64,000 nt of DNA from an uncultured Veillonella sp. (GCA_900549805.1 URPV01000001.1:8007-72006); one strand, 5' to 3'. Counted from the stretch's first letter, positions 28,701 to 39,525 are shown. Numbers and translations: made by a program. Notes: a model not told the origin generated them from the sequence alone.

Positions 28701-31544
28701 ATGGATTACGGTAAAACATTACACCTGCCAGAAACCGAATTCCCTATGCGAGGCAATTTGCCTAAGCGGGAACCAGAATTTATCAAGTTCTGGGAAGACA
28801 ATGATATTTATAAGAAACGCTTAGCCTTACGCCAAGGAGGTAAGCAATTTATCTTGCATGATGGCCCTCCTTACGCAAACGGGAACTTGCATATGGGTCA
28901 TGCCCTTAACAAAACTCTTAAGGACATCATCATGAAGTACAAGACTATGCAAGGTTTCTACACTCGTTACATCCCAGGCTGGGATACCCATGGTCTGCCA
29001 ATTGAACATGCGGTTATCAAGGAAACAGGCCTCAATCGCCATGAAATGTCTCCTTTAGACCTTCGTAAAAAGTGTCATGATTATGCCCTTCAACAAGTGG
29101 ATAAGCAAAAGAAAGACTTTATCCGCTTTGGTGTTTTGGGTGAATGGGACCGCCCTTACTTGACCTTGCGTCCTGAATTTGAAGTTAAGCAAATTGGCAT
29201 TTTCGGAGAAATGGCTAAACGGGGCCATATCTATAAGGGGCTTAAAACCGTTTACTGGTGTACTCACTGTGAAACAGCCTTGGCTGAAGCAGAGATTGAA
29301 TACGCTGATAAAAAATCCTTCTCCATTTATGTTAAATTCCCTTACGTAGCTGAAAAGAAGGTTACCCTACCAGCTGGTGTAGATCCTAAGAAGGCTTATG
29401 CCGTTATTTGGACAACCACCCCTTGGACCATGCCAGCTAACGTGGCTATTTCCGTCAATCCTACATTGGAATACTCTTGGGTACAAGTGGGGGAAGAATA
29501 CTACCTCATGGCTACTGAACTGGTGGACTCCGCCTTGAAGGATGCCAAGGTAGAAGATTATAAGATCCTCAACACCTTCCCTGGGACAGATTTAGAATTG
29601 GCTGAATTCAAACATCCATTTATCGAACGGTCCTCCTTCATCCTTTTGGGCGACCACGTAACCTTAGATGCCGGTACTGGCTGTGTACACACAGCTCCTG
29701 CCCACGGCGTAGAAGACTTTGATGTGGTGGCTAAATACAAGAACGAAGGCAAGATTGATTTGCCGATCGTATCCTTGGTAGACCCACAAGGTAAGTACAC
29801 ATCGGAAGTGGACCAAGGGCGTTATGGGGATACAGAAGTTCCATTGACTGGCGTAGAAATTCATGATGCAGAAGTACCCGTTATCAAGATTTTGGCCCAT
29901 AATGAAAATCTTTTAGCAAAGGGGTCTTTGCATCACCAATACGCTCACTGCTGGCGCTGTAAAAATCCTATTATCAACCGGGCTACAGAACAATGGTTTG
30001 CCTCCGTTGATGGCTTCCGCCAAGAAGCCTTGGATGCTATCGATAAGCAAGTTCAATGGATTCCAGCTTGGGGGCATGACCGCATCTACAACATGGTACG
30101 AGACCGCGGTGACTGGTGCATCTCCCGGCAACGGGCTTGGGGCGTGCCAATCCCTGTTTACTATTGCGAAAAATGCGGCCACTACGAAATCAATGATGAT
30201 ACAATTCAAGCCCTTCAAGCTTGGGTGGCTAAAGAGGGATCTAATGCATGGTGGGCACACTCTGCAGAGGAACTTCTCCCAGCTGGGTATAAGTGCTCTC
30301 AATGTGGGCATGATCATTTCCGCAAGGAAACGGATATCATGGATGTGTGGTTCGATTCTGGTTCTTCTTGGGCTGGTGTTTTGGAAGTCAACGATCTTCC
30401 TGTACCAACAGCTATGTACTTGGAAGGGTCTGACCAACATCGTGGTTGGTTTAACTCCTCCTTGCTCACTTGTGTGGCAACCACAGGTAAGGCGCCATAC
30501 AATTCTGTCTTGACTCATGGCTTCGTAGTGGATGGGGAAGGCCGTAAAATGTCTAAGTCCGTTGGTAATACGGTAGCTCCATCTGATATCATCGATGTTT
30601 ATGGCGCTGATGTTATGCGGCTTTGGGTATCCTCGGCAGACTATCAAGGTGATGTACGTCTCTCCAAGGACATCATCAAACAATTGTCCGATGTATACCG
30701 TAAGATTCGTAATACCTTCCGATTCCTCTTGGGTAACTTGGATGACTTCAATCCAAATACCGATAAGGTGCCTTATAAGGACCTAGAAGAAATTGATAAG
30801 TGGGCCCTCCTCCGTCTGGAAGAAGTGCGGACTAAGGTTACAGAAGCTTACGAAAACTATGAATTCCATGTACTCTACCATGCTATTCATAATTTCTGCA
30901 CGGTAGACTTATCCTCCATCTACTTGGATATCTTGAAGGATACTATGTATGCAGAAATCGCTACAGCTCCTGCTCGTCGATCTGCCCAAACCGCTATCTA
31001 TGAAATCGTCAAGACCCTTATGGCTATGGTGACACCGGTTCTCTCCTTTACAGCAGAAGAAGTCTACCAATTCTTGCCAAAAGAAGAAGGAATGCCTGAA
31101 TCTGTTATGCTTCTGGATTGGCCACAAGCTAAACCGGAATATGTGGATAAAGATCTTAAGGATAAGTGGGATGCCCTCTTAGTCCTTCGCAGCGAATTGA
31201 CTAAGGCTCTTGAATTGGCTCGTCAAAATAAGGTCATCGGCCATCCTTTGGATGCAGCTGTCACCGTATATGCTAATGGCGAGGCTTACAAGACCTTATC
31301 TGCTTTGGGGCAAGACGGCTTGGCTAAACTCCTCATTGTATCGGAAGCGGCTGTAGTAGAAGGTAAGGACAAGGCTCCTGCTGCTGCCTCCTTCTCTGAA
31401 GAAGTGGATATCGCTACCCATGTTGTGGCATCGCCATTGGAAAAATGTGAACGCTGCTGGATTCACAAGGCTGATGTAGGTGTTGATGCGGATCATCCAA
31501 CCCTCTGCGGACGCTGCGCGACTGTTGTAAAAGCAAGTTGCTAA
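28701..31544 (+). CDS. ileS: isoleucine--tRNA ligase (type 1)
   Basis: HDGPPYANG-HMGH, WTTTPWT, GTGCVH, DWCISRQR, KMSKS, C-terminal CERC...CGRC zinc finger. Confidence 0.98.
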   Translation: MDYGKTLHLPETEFPMRGNLPKREPEFIKFWEDNDIYKKRLALRQGGKQFILHDGPPYANGNLHMGHALNKTLKDIIMKYKTMQGFYTRYIPGWDTHGLPIEHAVIKETGLNRHEMSPLDLRKKCHDYALQQVDKQKKDFIRFGVLGEWDRPYLTLRPEFEVKQIGIFGEMAKRGHIYKGLKTVYWCTHCETALAEAEIEYADKKSFSIYVKFPYVAEKKVTLPAGVDPKKAYAVIWTTTPWTMPANVAISVNPTLEYSWVQVGEEYYLMATELVDSALKDAKVEDYKILNTFPGTDLELAEFKHPFIERSSFILLGDHVTLDAGTGCVHTAPAHGVEDFDVVAKYKNEGKIDLPIVSLVDPQGKYTSEVDQGRYGDTEVPLTGVEIHDAEVPVIKILAHNENLLAKGSLHHQYAHCWRCKNPIINRATEQWFASVDGFRQEALDAIDKQVQWIPAWGHDRIYNMVRDRGDWCISRQRAWGVPIPVYYCEKCGHYEINDDTIQALQAWVAKEGSNAWWAHSAEELLPAGYKCSQCGHDHFRKETDIMDVWFDSGSSWAGVLEVNDLPVPTAMYLEGSDQHRGWFNSSLLTCVATTGKAPYNSVLTHGFVVDGEGRKMSKSVGNTVAPSDIIDVYGADVMRLWVSSADYQGDVRLSKDIIKQLSDVYRKIRNTFRFLLGNLDDFNPNTDKVPYKDLEEIDKWALLRLEEVRTKVTEAYENYEFHVLYHAIHNFCTVDLSSIYLDILKDTMYAEIATAPARRSAQTAIYEIVKTLMAMVTPVLSFTAEEVYQFLPKEEGMPESVMLLDWPQAKPEYVDKDLKDKWDALLVLRSELTKALELARQNKVIGHPLDAAVTVYANGEAYKTLSALGQDGLAKLLIVSEAAVVEGKDKAPAAASFSEEVDIATHVVASPLEKCERCWIHKADVGVDADHPTLCGRCATVVKASC

Positions 31545-31646
31545 TGTGCCTCTTGCGGATTTTTCTGAAAGGCGTATAGTGGAAGTATACTATTTTGAAA
31601 GAGGCTATCTTAGATGGCCTCTTTCATCTATAGAGGAGGTTCTCTT

Positions 31647-32735
31647 ATGAAATCTATGAGCATGGCTAATTACTCCTATGGGGAGGATTGTTTTAAGGAT
31701 ATTCCACGGGTTATGAAGACCTATTCCGTATCATCCGCTGTTTTGTTGGGCGGGGAACGGGCCCTAGGGTCCTGTGCTGATGAGTTGACACAGGCTTTAG
31801 AAGAGGCTGGCGTCAAGGTGACAGGTCGCTTTGTATATGGTAAGAATTCTACCCAAAGTAATATCGACAAGTGGGCGGCCCATCCTGATGTACAGGCTGC
31901 AGATGTCATCTTTGGTATCGGTGGCGGTCGGGCCTTGGATACGGCTAAAATGGTTTCTTTGGCCTTGGGTAAACCTTGCTTCACGGTGCCAACCATCTGT
32001 TCTAACTGTTCCTCTGGCACAGCCATCACTGTAGTTTATAATGATGACGGATCCTTACTTCGCTATGGCTACCCGGAAGCACCTCTTCATATCTTTATCA
32101 ACACCAAGGTCATTGCTAATGCACCGGTTGAGTATTTCTGGGCCGGCATCGGGGATGGTATCTCCAAAGCTCCTGAAGTAGACCATGCCAAGGATGCCTA
32201 CTTGGCGGCAGGCCATAGTTTATCCCATACGGCTGCCTTGGGTATAGCTATTTCGGAATCCTCTAAGGAGGCCTTCTATACTTATGGCAAGCAAGGTTTG
32301 GAAGATGTGAAAAACCACATTCCTTCCAAGGCGGTAGAGGAAATTGCCCTAGATATTGTGGTCACTACTGGTTATGCGTCTAATTTGACTAACCAAAAGG
32401 ACTTTTACTTTAACTCCTGCCATGCGCATGCCTTCTACAACGCTACCACTCGTTTGCCAAGGGAGGGGGTCTTCCTCCACGGTCAAGTGGTCTCCTTCGG
32501 TGTCTTGGTCCTCCATGCCTACTTTGAAGAAATGGATGAATTGAAACGGGTTATGGAATTCAACCATTCTATAGGTCTTCCTGTGACACTTGCTGAGATG
32601 AATTTGAAAGCTGATCAAGTGCCGCAATTGGTAAAATGGGCTATGGATACTAATGAGTACCGCACGACCCCATTTGATCCTGACAAGTATGCGGCAGCTA
32701 TATTGACCGTTGACCGTTTAGGCCGGGCCCTATAA
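31647..32735 (+). CDS. iron-containing alcohol dehydrogenase family protein (glycerol dehydrogenase-like)
   Basis: GIGGGRALDTAK, PTICSNC, AGIGD, HAH...LHG motifs; GGAGG RBS. Confidence 0.85.
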   Translation: MKSMSMANYSYGEDCFKDIPRVMKTYSVSSAVLLGGERALGSCADELTQALEEAGVKVTGRFVYGKNSTQSNIDKWAAHPDVQAADVIFGIGGGRALDTAKMVSLALGKPCFTVPTICSNCSSGTAITVVYNDDGSLLRYGYPEAPLHIFINTKVIANAPVEYFWAGIGDGISKAPEVDHAKDAYLAAGHSLSHTAALGIAISESSKEAFYTYGKQGLEDVKNHIPSKAVEEIALDIVVTTGYASNLTNQKDFYFNSCHAHAFYNATTRLPREGVFLHGQVVSFGVLVLHAYFEEMDELKRVMEFNHSIGLPVTLAEMNLKADQVPQLVKWAMDTNEYRTTPFDPDKYAAAILTVDRLGRAL

Positions 32736-32860
32736 GAAACTGTATAAGGAGTTATAAGCAAGGACGCCCCTGTCATTCAAGGGGCGTCCTTGTGGTATAA
32801 TGGGCAGGAGTATGAATCGTGAAAAGGGCTTGTAAGATTTATATCAAGGGAGGATATACC

Positions 32861-33652
32861 ATGAAAGCAGTGTACAAAATTACATCCTTAGCTGTGGCGG
32901 CTCTTATAGCTGTAGGCCTTGGCACCAGTGCTGTACAAGCGGCGGGGGGCAAGCACATGGTCATGCAGGTAAGCCAAGTCAATGTAGACCCAACTAAGGA
33001 AGCGGTATACAACTATTACGGCCAAAAGGTAGCCAAGAAGTCCGTGAAAAACTTAGAGGGCACATTGGCCGTCTATAAGTCTGTTAATGAAATGACTCCT
33101 ACTGAGAACACGACTGTGGAAGTTTTTCAAGATCCAGGGGCTATCAAGGCCTACAATAAGTCCAAGGACATGCGCGATTTCCAAAAGGCTATGACCATTG
33201 GCGTTACCACTGAGTCCAGCCAAGGAGGGACTCCTTTCTATGCTAAGGAAATTCAGGTGCCCCTCTATACCATGGGGATTGCTGACACTAAAATCCTATC
33301 CTTGGAAACCTATGTAGTAGGACAAGGACAAGTGGCTAAGGTTAAGGGAAGCCTCTTGCAAGCAGAAGTTAAGGGGCTGTCTAGTAATGGGCAAGCTACA
33401 CAGACTATTGCTAGCCAGGCTGGTCTCTATGCCACCTATATGGCCACTATGAATGAGGCCCCTAATACCATTACGGTAGCCCGGGTCTTCGTCAATCAAT
33501 CCGCCTATAATGCCTACGTAAATAGCCCTGCTCGAGCAGCCTTACAAGAGCTTATTAATCCTCTAATCATCAGTCAAAGGGGGCAGGCTAGTCGCTTGCG
33601 AGTTTCCTATGATAAGGGTGGATTGGACTACCAAGAGTCGCTTAAAAAATAG
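32861..33652 (+). CDS. exported protein with two tandem ABM-like (dimeric alpha-beta barrel) domains, function unknown
   Basis: Signal peptide (AVQA), internal duplication NEMTPTENTTVEVFQDPGAIKAY / NEAPNTITVARVFVNQSAYNAY; GGAGG RBS. Confidence 0.6.
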   Translation: MKAVYKITSLAVAALIAVGLGTSAVQAAGGKHMVMQVSQVNVDPTKEAVYNYYGQKVAKKSVKNLEGTLAVYKSVNEMTPTENTTVEVFQDPGAIKAYNKSKDMRDFQKAMTIGVTTESSQGGTPFYAKEIQVPLYTMGIADTKILSLETYVVGQGQVAKVKGSLLQAEVKGLSSNGQATQTIASQAGLYATYMATMNEAPNTITVARVFVNQSAYNAYVNSPARAALQELINPLIISQRGQASRLRVSYDKGGLDYQESLKK

Positions 33653-33673
33653 GAATATATTCTTTGGAGCTTT

Positions 33674-34525
33674 ATGAAACTATCTATAAGAAGACCTATA
33701 CAGTTTGTAGCCACTGATGTGGATGGTACCTTAGTGGGTCCTGATAAAACTGTCAGTCCCGCTGCTAAAGGAGCTATTAATAGGGCCATCGATAGGGGGA
33801 TTAAGGTGGCTATTGCTTCTGGCCGGGCCTATGATGAGATGTTTGAAATCTTTGAAAAACTCCCTCGGGTTCGATACTTTATCTGTACTAATGGGGCGGT
33901 GGTGATGGACCGGAAAACCGGGGAATGCCTTTATCATGAGTGCTTTGATAAGGACTTGGCACTAGAAATTCTTACTCGCCTCATGGCCTATGATGTGTAT
34001 GTAGAGGCCTATATGGGCCACCAAGTCTTTGGCCAAATACAGCCAGAAGATCGCCTACCTTACTTCTTTAACGATCAGGTAAGAGGCCTTATTTTGGCCT
34101 CTCGGACTATGATCGGGGACCTTTATTCCCATGTGAAAGCCGCCCCTCAAGGGCCAGAGAAAATTCAGATTTTCTATGGAGACCCAGCCATGGAAACTCG
34201 GATTTTGGCTGATTTTAAAGACCATCCGGGCTTTGATGTCCTCCAGTCTAGTGAGGGAAACTTGGAGTTCGTCATGTTGCAAAATACCAAGGGAACAGCT
34301 GTTAAGGCTCTAGCCGATCGATGGGGACTTTCACCCGATCAGGTTATGACCATAGGTGACAGCCACAATGATATGTCCATGCTATCCTATGCAGGTGTTT
34401 CCGTGGCTATGGGTAATGCAGACCAGGTCGTTAAAGATCTGGCCAAGTACCAAACTGATAGCAATGAAGAAGATGGATTTGCCAGGGCCTTAGAGGCTGT
34501 ACTTGCGGCTAATGAAAAATGGTAA
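33674..34525 (+). CDS. Cof-type HAD-IIB hydrolase
   Basis: DVDGTL, ASGR, NGA, KG, IGDSHNDMSML, AMGNA. Confidence 0.92.
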   Translation: MKLSIRRPIQFVATDVDGTLVGPDKTVSPAAKGAINRAIDRGIKVAIASGRAYDEMFEIFEKLPRVRYFICTNGAVVMDRKTGECLYHECFDKDLALEILTRLMAYDVYVEAYMGHQVFGQIQPEDRLPYFFNDQVRGLILASRTMIGDLYSHVKAAPQGPEKIQIFYGDPAMETRILADFKDHPGFDVLQSSEGNLEFVMLQNTKGTAVKALADRWGLSPDQVMTIGDSHNDMSMLSYAGVSVAMGNADQVVKDLAKYQTDSNEEDGFARALEAVLAANEKW

Positions 34526-34635
34526 TCATGAAGGCGGTCTTTTTTGACCGATGGAATAGTATGCTATAATAAATAGTAAACTCTCTAGAGTAATCCTAAG
34601 AACCTATATTCCGATTCTGTGGAGGATATGCGCGA

Positions 34636-36171
34636 ATGGAAGCAAAAGAACTCGTTATCGTCGTTGACTTTGGTGGCCAATATAACCAATTGATCGCCCG
34701 TCGCGTCCGCGAAAACCATGTATACTGCGAAGTATACCCTTACAACAAAGCCCTTGAGAAAATTAAAGAATTGAAGCCACAAGGGATTATTTTCACAGGC
34801 GGTCCAAACTCCGTATACGAAGAAGGGGCACCAACTATCGATAAGGAAATTTTCGAATTGGGTATCCCTATCTTGGGTATGTGCTACGGGATGCAATTCA
34901 TGGCCCAATCCTTGGGTGGTCAAGTTAAGTCTGCTGACCAACGGGAGTTCGGTAAAACACCTATGGTTACCGACACCACATCCCCTCTCTACAAGGGCCT
35001 TAATAAGGAAGAAATCGTGTGGATGTCCCACGTGGACTATGTAGCGGAAGCCCCACAAGGATTTAAGGTTATCGCGCATACTGATAATTGCCCAATTGCA
35101 TCCATGCAAAACGAAGAGAAGAAACTGTATGCAATGCAATTCCATGCAGAAGTATTGCACACAGAACATGGCAAGGAAATGCTTCACAACTTCTTGTACG
35201 AAGTGTGTGGCTTCACCGGCACTTGGACCATGGCTAACTACGCTAAGACAGCTATTCAAGAGATTCGCGATACCGTAGGGGATGGCAAGGTCCTCTTGGC
35301 CTTGTCAGGCGGCGTTGACTCCTCCGTAGCGGCAGCCTTGATTTCCAAGGCTATTGGTTCTCAATTGACTTGTATTTTCGTCGATCATGGCCTCATGCGT
35401 AAAAATGAAGGTGACGAAGTAGAAGCGGCCTTTAAGGATTCCGGCATGCACTTTATCCGCGTGGATGCAGAAGAACGCTTCCTCACTAAATTAGCTGGCT
35501 TGGAAGAACCAGAAGCTAAACGTAAAACCATCGGTGAAGAATTTATTCGCGTTTTCGAAGATGAAGGTCGTAAGATTGGGTCCGTTGACTTCTTGGCACA
35601 AGGGACCATCTACCCTGATGTTATTGAATCGGGTGCAGGTGATGCGGCGGTTATTAAGTCCCATCACAACGTAGGTGGCTTACCTGCAGTAGTTGACTTT
35701 AAGGGCCTTATCGAACCACTTCGCAACCTCTTCAAGGACGAAGTTCGTGAATTAGGGGCAGAGCTCGGCTTGGCAGACTACCTCGTATGGCGTCAACCAT
35801 TCCCAGGTCCAGGGCTAGCCATTCGCGTAATGGGTGATTTGACCAAAGAAAAATTGGACATCTTACGTGACGCTGACTGGATTTTCCGGGAAGAAATTGC
35901 CAAGGCTGGCCTTGACCGGTCTATCAACCAATACTTTGCGGTTCTCACCAATACCCGTACAGTGGGTGTAATGGGCGACTTCCGCACCTATGATTACACC
36001 TTGGCTCTCCGCGGTGTAACGACTACAGATTTCATGACTGCTGATTGGGCTCGCATTCCTTACGAGGTTTTGGATACAATTTCCAGCCGTATCGTAAATG
36101 AAGTAAATCATATTAACCGTATCGTTTATGATATTACATCTAAGCCACCAGCAACCATTGAATGGGAATAA
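34636..36171 (+). CDS. guaA: GMP synthase (glutamine-hydrolyzing)
   Basis: [45 protein letters not shown]. Confidence 0.98.
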   Translation: MEAKELVIVVDFGGQYNQLIARRVRENHVYCEVYPYNKALEKIKELKPQGIIFTGGPNSVYEEGAPTIDKEIFELGIPILGMCYGMQFMAQSLGGQVKSADQREFGKTPMVTDTTSPLYKGLNKEEIVWMSHVDYVAEAPQGFKVIAHTDNCPIASMQNEEKKLYAMQFHAEVLHTEHGKEMLHNFLYEVCGFTGTWTMANYAKTAIQEIRDTVGDGKVLLALSGGVDSSVAAALISKAIGSQLTCIFVDHGLMRKNEGDEVEAAFKDSGMHFIRVDAEERFLTKLAGLEEPEAKRKTIGEEFIRVFEDEGRKIGSVDFLAQGTIYPDVIESGAGDAAVIKSHHNVGGLPAVVDFKGLIEPLRNLFKDEVRELGAELGLADYLVWRQPFPGPGLAIRVMGDLTKEKLDILRDADWIFREEIAKAGLDRSINQYFAVLTNTRTVGVMGDFRTYDYTLALRGVTTTDFMTADWARIPYEVLDTISSRIVNEVNHINRIVYDITSKPPATIEWE

Positions 36172-36198
36172 ACCCTAGGATTCTTTCCTCATTTATAT

Positions 36199-36244
36199 AG
36201 AGCAGCCTCTGCTTGCCGTTTATCGGCCAGGGGCTGCTCTTTTT
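36199..36244 (+). terminator. intrinsic terminator after guaA
   Basis: AGAGCAGCCTCTG ... CAGGGGCTGCTCT then T-run. Confidence 0.7.
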
Positions 36245-36386
36245 GGTAGGTGGGTCACGATTATTTCTATTTGTTTCTGTCAGCCTTTGTAGTAAAATAA
36301 TTGTGAAAGTTCTATTAAGATATATGAGATCTGGTTTTATCCTTTGTAGGGCCCGATTAGCTTATATATCATAAAGGAGTAAGACT

Positions 36387-37103
36387 ATGAAAAAATCCAT
36401 TATTGCTTGCTTGGCGGTCGCTACATGCAGCTTGGGATTGGGTGCTCAAACACCAGCTTTGGCTGCTGATTATGGGCGCATTACCGTGGAGGGTCATGCG
36501 GAGACTACCTATGTAGCCAATCAATCCATGGTGGTTGCCACAGTAGAAACTAAGGGGACTAGTATACAAGCGGCTAAGGCTAGTAATGACAGCCAATTTA
36601 TGGCCTTTCGTCAGTCCTTAAGAGACCTGGCTATTCCTGATAAGGACCTTCGCACTAGCGATTACCAAAGCTATGATGAAGACTATTATCCAACTAAGGA
36701 TAGTGATGTGAAGGCAACCCGCTATGTAGTGTCTAACACCCTCAAGGTGACTCTCAATGATACCAGTAAGATAGCCGCTGTTTTGGATGCTGCAGCTAAG
36801 GCTGGTATTACGGATGTACGCTTGACCAAGTTGGACCTCAACCCAGCAGATAAGGAAGCCCAAAAGAATGACCTCATGGTCAAGGCAGCCAAGGATGCCC
36901 GTAAAAAAGCGGATGCCCTAGCAGCTGCTTTGGGGACTCGCGTTGTAGGCGTAGCCTCTTTAGATGTGGATGGTGATGGCTATCGCCCTTATTACGGGGC
37001 CCGTCTCATGATGGCTAAGGAAGCTAACAGTGTAGCGCCTGTTATTGAAAACGGTGAAGATACGGCTACTATGAATGTGAGTGTCGTCTTCAAGGTTAAG
37101 TAG
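36387..37103 (+). CDS. SIMPL/DUF541 domain exported protein
   Basis: Signal peptide, ITVEG, AAKDARKKADALAAALG, terminal VSVVF. Confidence 0.85.
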   Translation: MKKSIIACLAVATCSLGLGAQTPALAADYGRITVEGHAETTYVANQSMVVATVETKGTSIQAAKASNDSQFMAFRQSLRDLAIPDKDLRTSDYQSYDEDYYPTKDSDVKATRYVVSNTLKVTLNDTSKIAAVLDAAAKAGITDVRLTKLDLNPADKEAQKNDLMVKAAKDARKKADALAAALGTRVVGVASLDVDGDGYRPYYGARLMMAKEANSVAPVIENGEDTATMNVSVVFKVK

Positions 37104-37229
37104 GCTTTCAATCGAAGTTAGCTGGGACCTTTTAGGGAGGCTTTCCGTTAGACTCTTAGGGCGATACCTATCTGCTTACCGGCTATACTTATCTGTTTAC
37201 CTATGACTTATTAAATATAAGGAGATCCT

Positions 37230-37583
37230 ATGTTATTTGTAGAATATCCTAAGTGTACGACCTGTAAGAAGGCCAAGAAATTCCTTGACGATCACGGTAT
37301 TTCCTATACGGACCGAGATATTAAGAGTGAAAATCCCACAGCCGAGGAAATTGCAGCTTGGTACCCTCAATCGGGTAAGAAGCTAGAACGCTTCTTCAAC
37401 ACCTCAGGGTTGGTGTACCGGAATAATAATTATAAAGACCTATTGCCAACCCTGTCCGATGATGAAAAATTGGCTCTCTTGGCGACAGACGGTATGTTGG
37501 TAAAGCGACCTATCCTGGTGACCGATACAGTGGTCCTGGTAGGCTTTAAAGAGGATGAATGGAGAGCGGCTTTAGGCTTGTAA
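37230..37583 (+). CDS. ArsC/Spx-like family protein (YusI-like)
   Basis: YPKCTTCKKAKKFL, FFNTSG, MLVKRPIL. Confidence 0.88.
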   Translation: MLFVEYPKCTTCKKAKKFLDDHGISYTDRDIKSENPTAEEIAAWYPQSGKKLERFFNTSGLVYRNNNYKDLLPTLSDDEKLALLATDGMLVKRPILVTDTVVLVGFKEDEWRAALGL

Positions 37584-37649
37584 GTCTAAGGTTAGAGGCT
37601 GCTACTAAGGGTGGCTGTGGTATAATAAACAGGCTTGGGAGCATGTGTG

Positions 37650-38135
37650 ATGAAAGAAGTACTAGGGCAGTCATCCCTTTTAGGGGATGAAGACCAGCTA
37701 CAATTGGATAAGCACTTGAGTTTCTCTCTCTATGTGACAGCCAAGCGCATGATTGCTGCCTATCGACCCTTCTTGGACAAGCTGGACTTAACCTATACTC
37801 AGTATTTGGTCATGACGGTCCTGTGGGACCATTCAGAAGGATTGTCGGTCAGTCAATTGGGTCAGCTCTTACACCTGGATTCAGGGACCTTAACCCCTCT
37901 CTTAAAGAAGCTGGAGTACAAGTATTTCATCGAAAGAGAAAAAAATTATTTGGATGAACGCTTGGTTTTGATTCGCCCTACTGAAGAAGGTTGGGCCATC
38001 AAGGAAGAGGCTGCTGCCGCGCCGATGACCATCCTGGCCGGGATTGAGTCCTTTCCTCCCCAAGAACAGGCGGACCTTAAACGCCTGCTCCATAAGTTAC
38101 ATACGTGTTTAGAAACATTTGATAAGAAATCATAA
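37650..38135 (+). CDS. MarR family regulator, OhrR-like
   Basis: LDKHLSFSLY, LDLTYTQYLVM, LDSGTLTPLLKKLE, DER motifs. Confidence 0.85.
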   Translation: MKEVLGQSSLLGDEDQLQLDKHLSFSLYVTAKRMIAAYRPFLDKLDLTYTQYLVMTVLWDHSEGLSVSQLGQLLHLDSGTLTPLLKKLEYKYFIEREKNYLDERLVLIRPTEEGWAIKEEAAAAPMTILAGIESFPPQEQADLKRLLHKLHTCLETFDKKS

Positions 38136-38163
38136 GATCTATTTGAGATCTCTAGGAGGATGT

Positions 38164-38562
38164 ATGAAAAAGTTAGTCTTGGCACTCGCTATTGCTAGTA
38201 TGATGTCCCTTCCTGTGGTAGGTGCTACCAACTATTGGAATGGAGATGCTAATTATCCTGAAATCACTAATACAGAAGCTTACTTACCTCATAATGCAGG
38301 ACAAAGCTACTACTTTGACCAAGGATCCCTCTTCAAGGGCATCGACAGCAGTCGCAACTTTGTCTTTGGCTTGAATGTGGTAACTATGTATAACAACCAA
38401 TACGGTAGCCCTAGCCTTTATAAATACGTTGTTATTCCAGGGATGAACATCGTATGCCGTTATGACGCTGCTGATAAGCCTCATCAAATCGATGTGTCTA
38501 GCCCAGAATGGCCTATTTTCTTGCAAGCATGGAAATTGGCTTACGGTGTAGACTTCCATTAA
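38164..38562 (+). CDS. hypothetical exported protein
   Basis: MKKLVLALAIA signal peptide, AGGAGG RBS, aromatic-rich mature part, no family recognised. Confidence 0.7.
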   Translation: MKKLVLALAIASMMSLPVVGATNYWNGDANYPEITNTEAYLPHNAGQSYYFDQGSLFKGIDSSRNFVFGLNVVTMYNNQYGSPSLYKYVVIPGMNIVCRYDAADKPHQIDVSSPEWPIFLQAWKLAYGVDFH

Positions 38563-38599
38563 TATGTACCCACTTATATGATACCTAGGGAGGATAGCC

Positions 38600-39376
38600 A
38601 TGAAGAAAACTGAGTTTGCCGCAGCCTATCGGGATAAGATGTTCCCGGACTTCGTTTCTCCTTCTTCCCGCAAGGACCCAGAGTTAGATGATATTTTCGT
38701 TAACTTTGCCTTTGATGAGGTCATTCGAGAAGAGGGTAAGAACATTTCTGCCCATGACCGACTCTTAGCTATTTTAGCTTCCTTGGTAGGGGCTAAGGGC
38801 TTGGAGGAGTTTGAACTCCTTCTGCCAGGAGCCCTCAACATAGGTATCGAACCGCATGAAATCAGAGAGCTAGTCTACCAGGCTGTCCCTTATGTGGGTA
38901 TCGGTGTTGTACGGGGTTACTTGCGGGTTATGAACCGGGCCTTTGATATTAAGGGGATCCGCCTCATTGATGATAGGATGGGGACAGTCACCACAGATAA
39001 TCGGTTAGAAAAAGGTCGGGAGGTTCAAGTAGCCATCTTTGGCCCTCAGATGGAGGATTTTTACAAGTCTGGCCCTGAGGAAACCCGCCATATTAGGCGG
39101 TGGTTGGCTTCTAATTGTTTTGGGGACTACTATACCCGCAAGGGCCTTAGTCTACGTAATCGGGAGCTGATCACCTTCTGTTTCCTCATGGGACTTGGTT
39201 GGGCTAGTAAGCAGTTAGTAGCCCATGTGAAGGGTAATTTACATATGGGCATGGATAAGACCTATCTCATTAGCGTGGTCACTCAGTGCCTGCCTTATAT
39301 CGGCTATCCTCGAGCCCTGCAGGCCTTGGATGCCATTGATATAGGAGTGAAAGAATTTGAAGGGGATACTAAATAA
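38600..39376 (+). CDS. carboxymuconolactone decarboxylase family protein (two CMD domains)
   Basis: DPEL...NFAFDEV, YQAVPYVG, NCFGDYYTR, RELIT, PYIGYPR. Confidence 0.88.
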   Translation: MKKTEFAAAYRDKMFPDFVSPSSRKDPELDDIFVNFAFDEVIREEGKNISAHDRLLAILASLVGAKGLEEFELLLPGALNIGIEPHEIRELVYQAVPYVGIGVVRGYLRVMNRAFDIKGIRLIDDRMGTVTTDNRLEKGREVQVAIFGPQMEDFYKSGPEETRHIRRWLASNCFGDYYTRKGLSLRNRELITFCFLMGLGWASKQLVAHVKGNLHMGMDKTYLISVVTQCLPYIGYPRALQALDAIDIGVKEFEGDTK

Positions 39377-39445
39377 GAGGGCAAGTAAAGCCTATCTAGT
39401 AGTATTAGTCTATAAATAGTTTATAATACATCCTTTGTTGTATGG

Positions 39446-39480
39446 ATAAGGAAAGCCCTAGGGGCTTTCCTTATTTTATT
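39446..39480 (+). terminator. intrinsic terminator
   Basis: ATAAGGAAAGCCC-tag-GGGCTTTCCTTAT then TTTATT. Confidence 0.7.
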
Positions 39481-39525
39481 AGTCCATAGCTTGTCTTGTA
39501 TGAGGGCCTATAGTATAATTAAATC

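Noticed and set aside
29913..30683. 256-aa minus-strand ORF
   Set aside because: Lies entirely antisense to ileS with no RBS or motif; a shadow of biased codon usage.
34585..35259. 224-aa minus-strand ORF
   Set aside because: Antisense shadow of guaA.
36150..36390. guaA 3' end, a common ICE/prophage attachment site in Bacillota
   Set aside because: No integrase, direct repeat or compositional shift downstream; the site appears empty.
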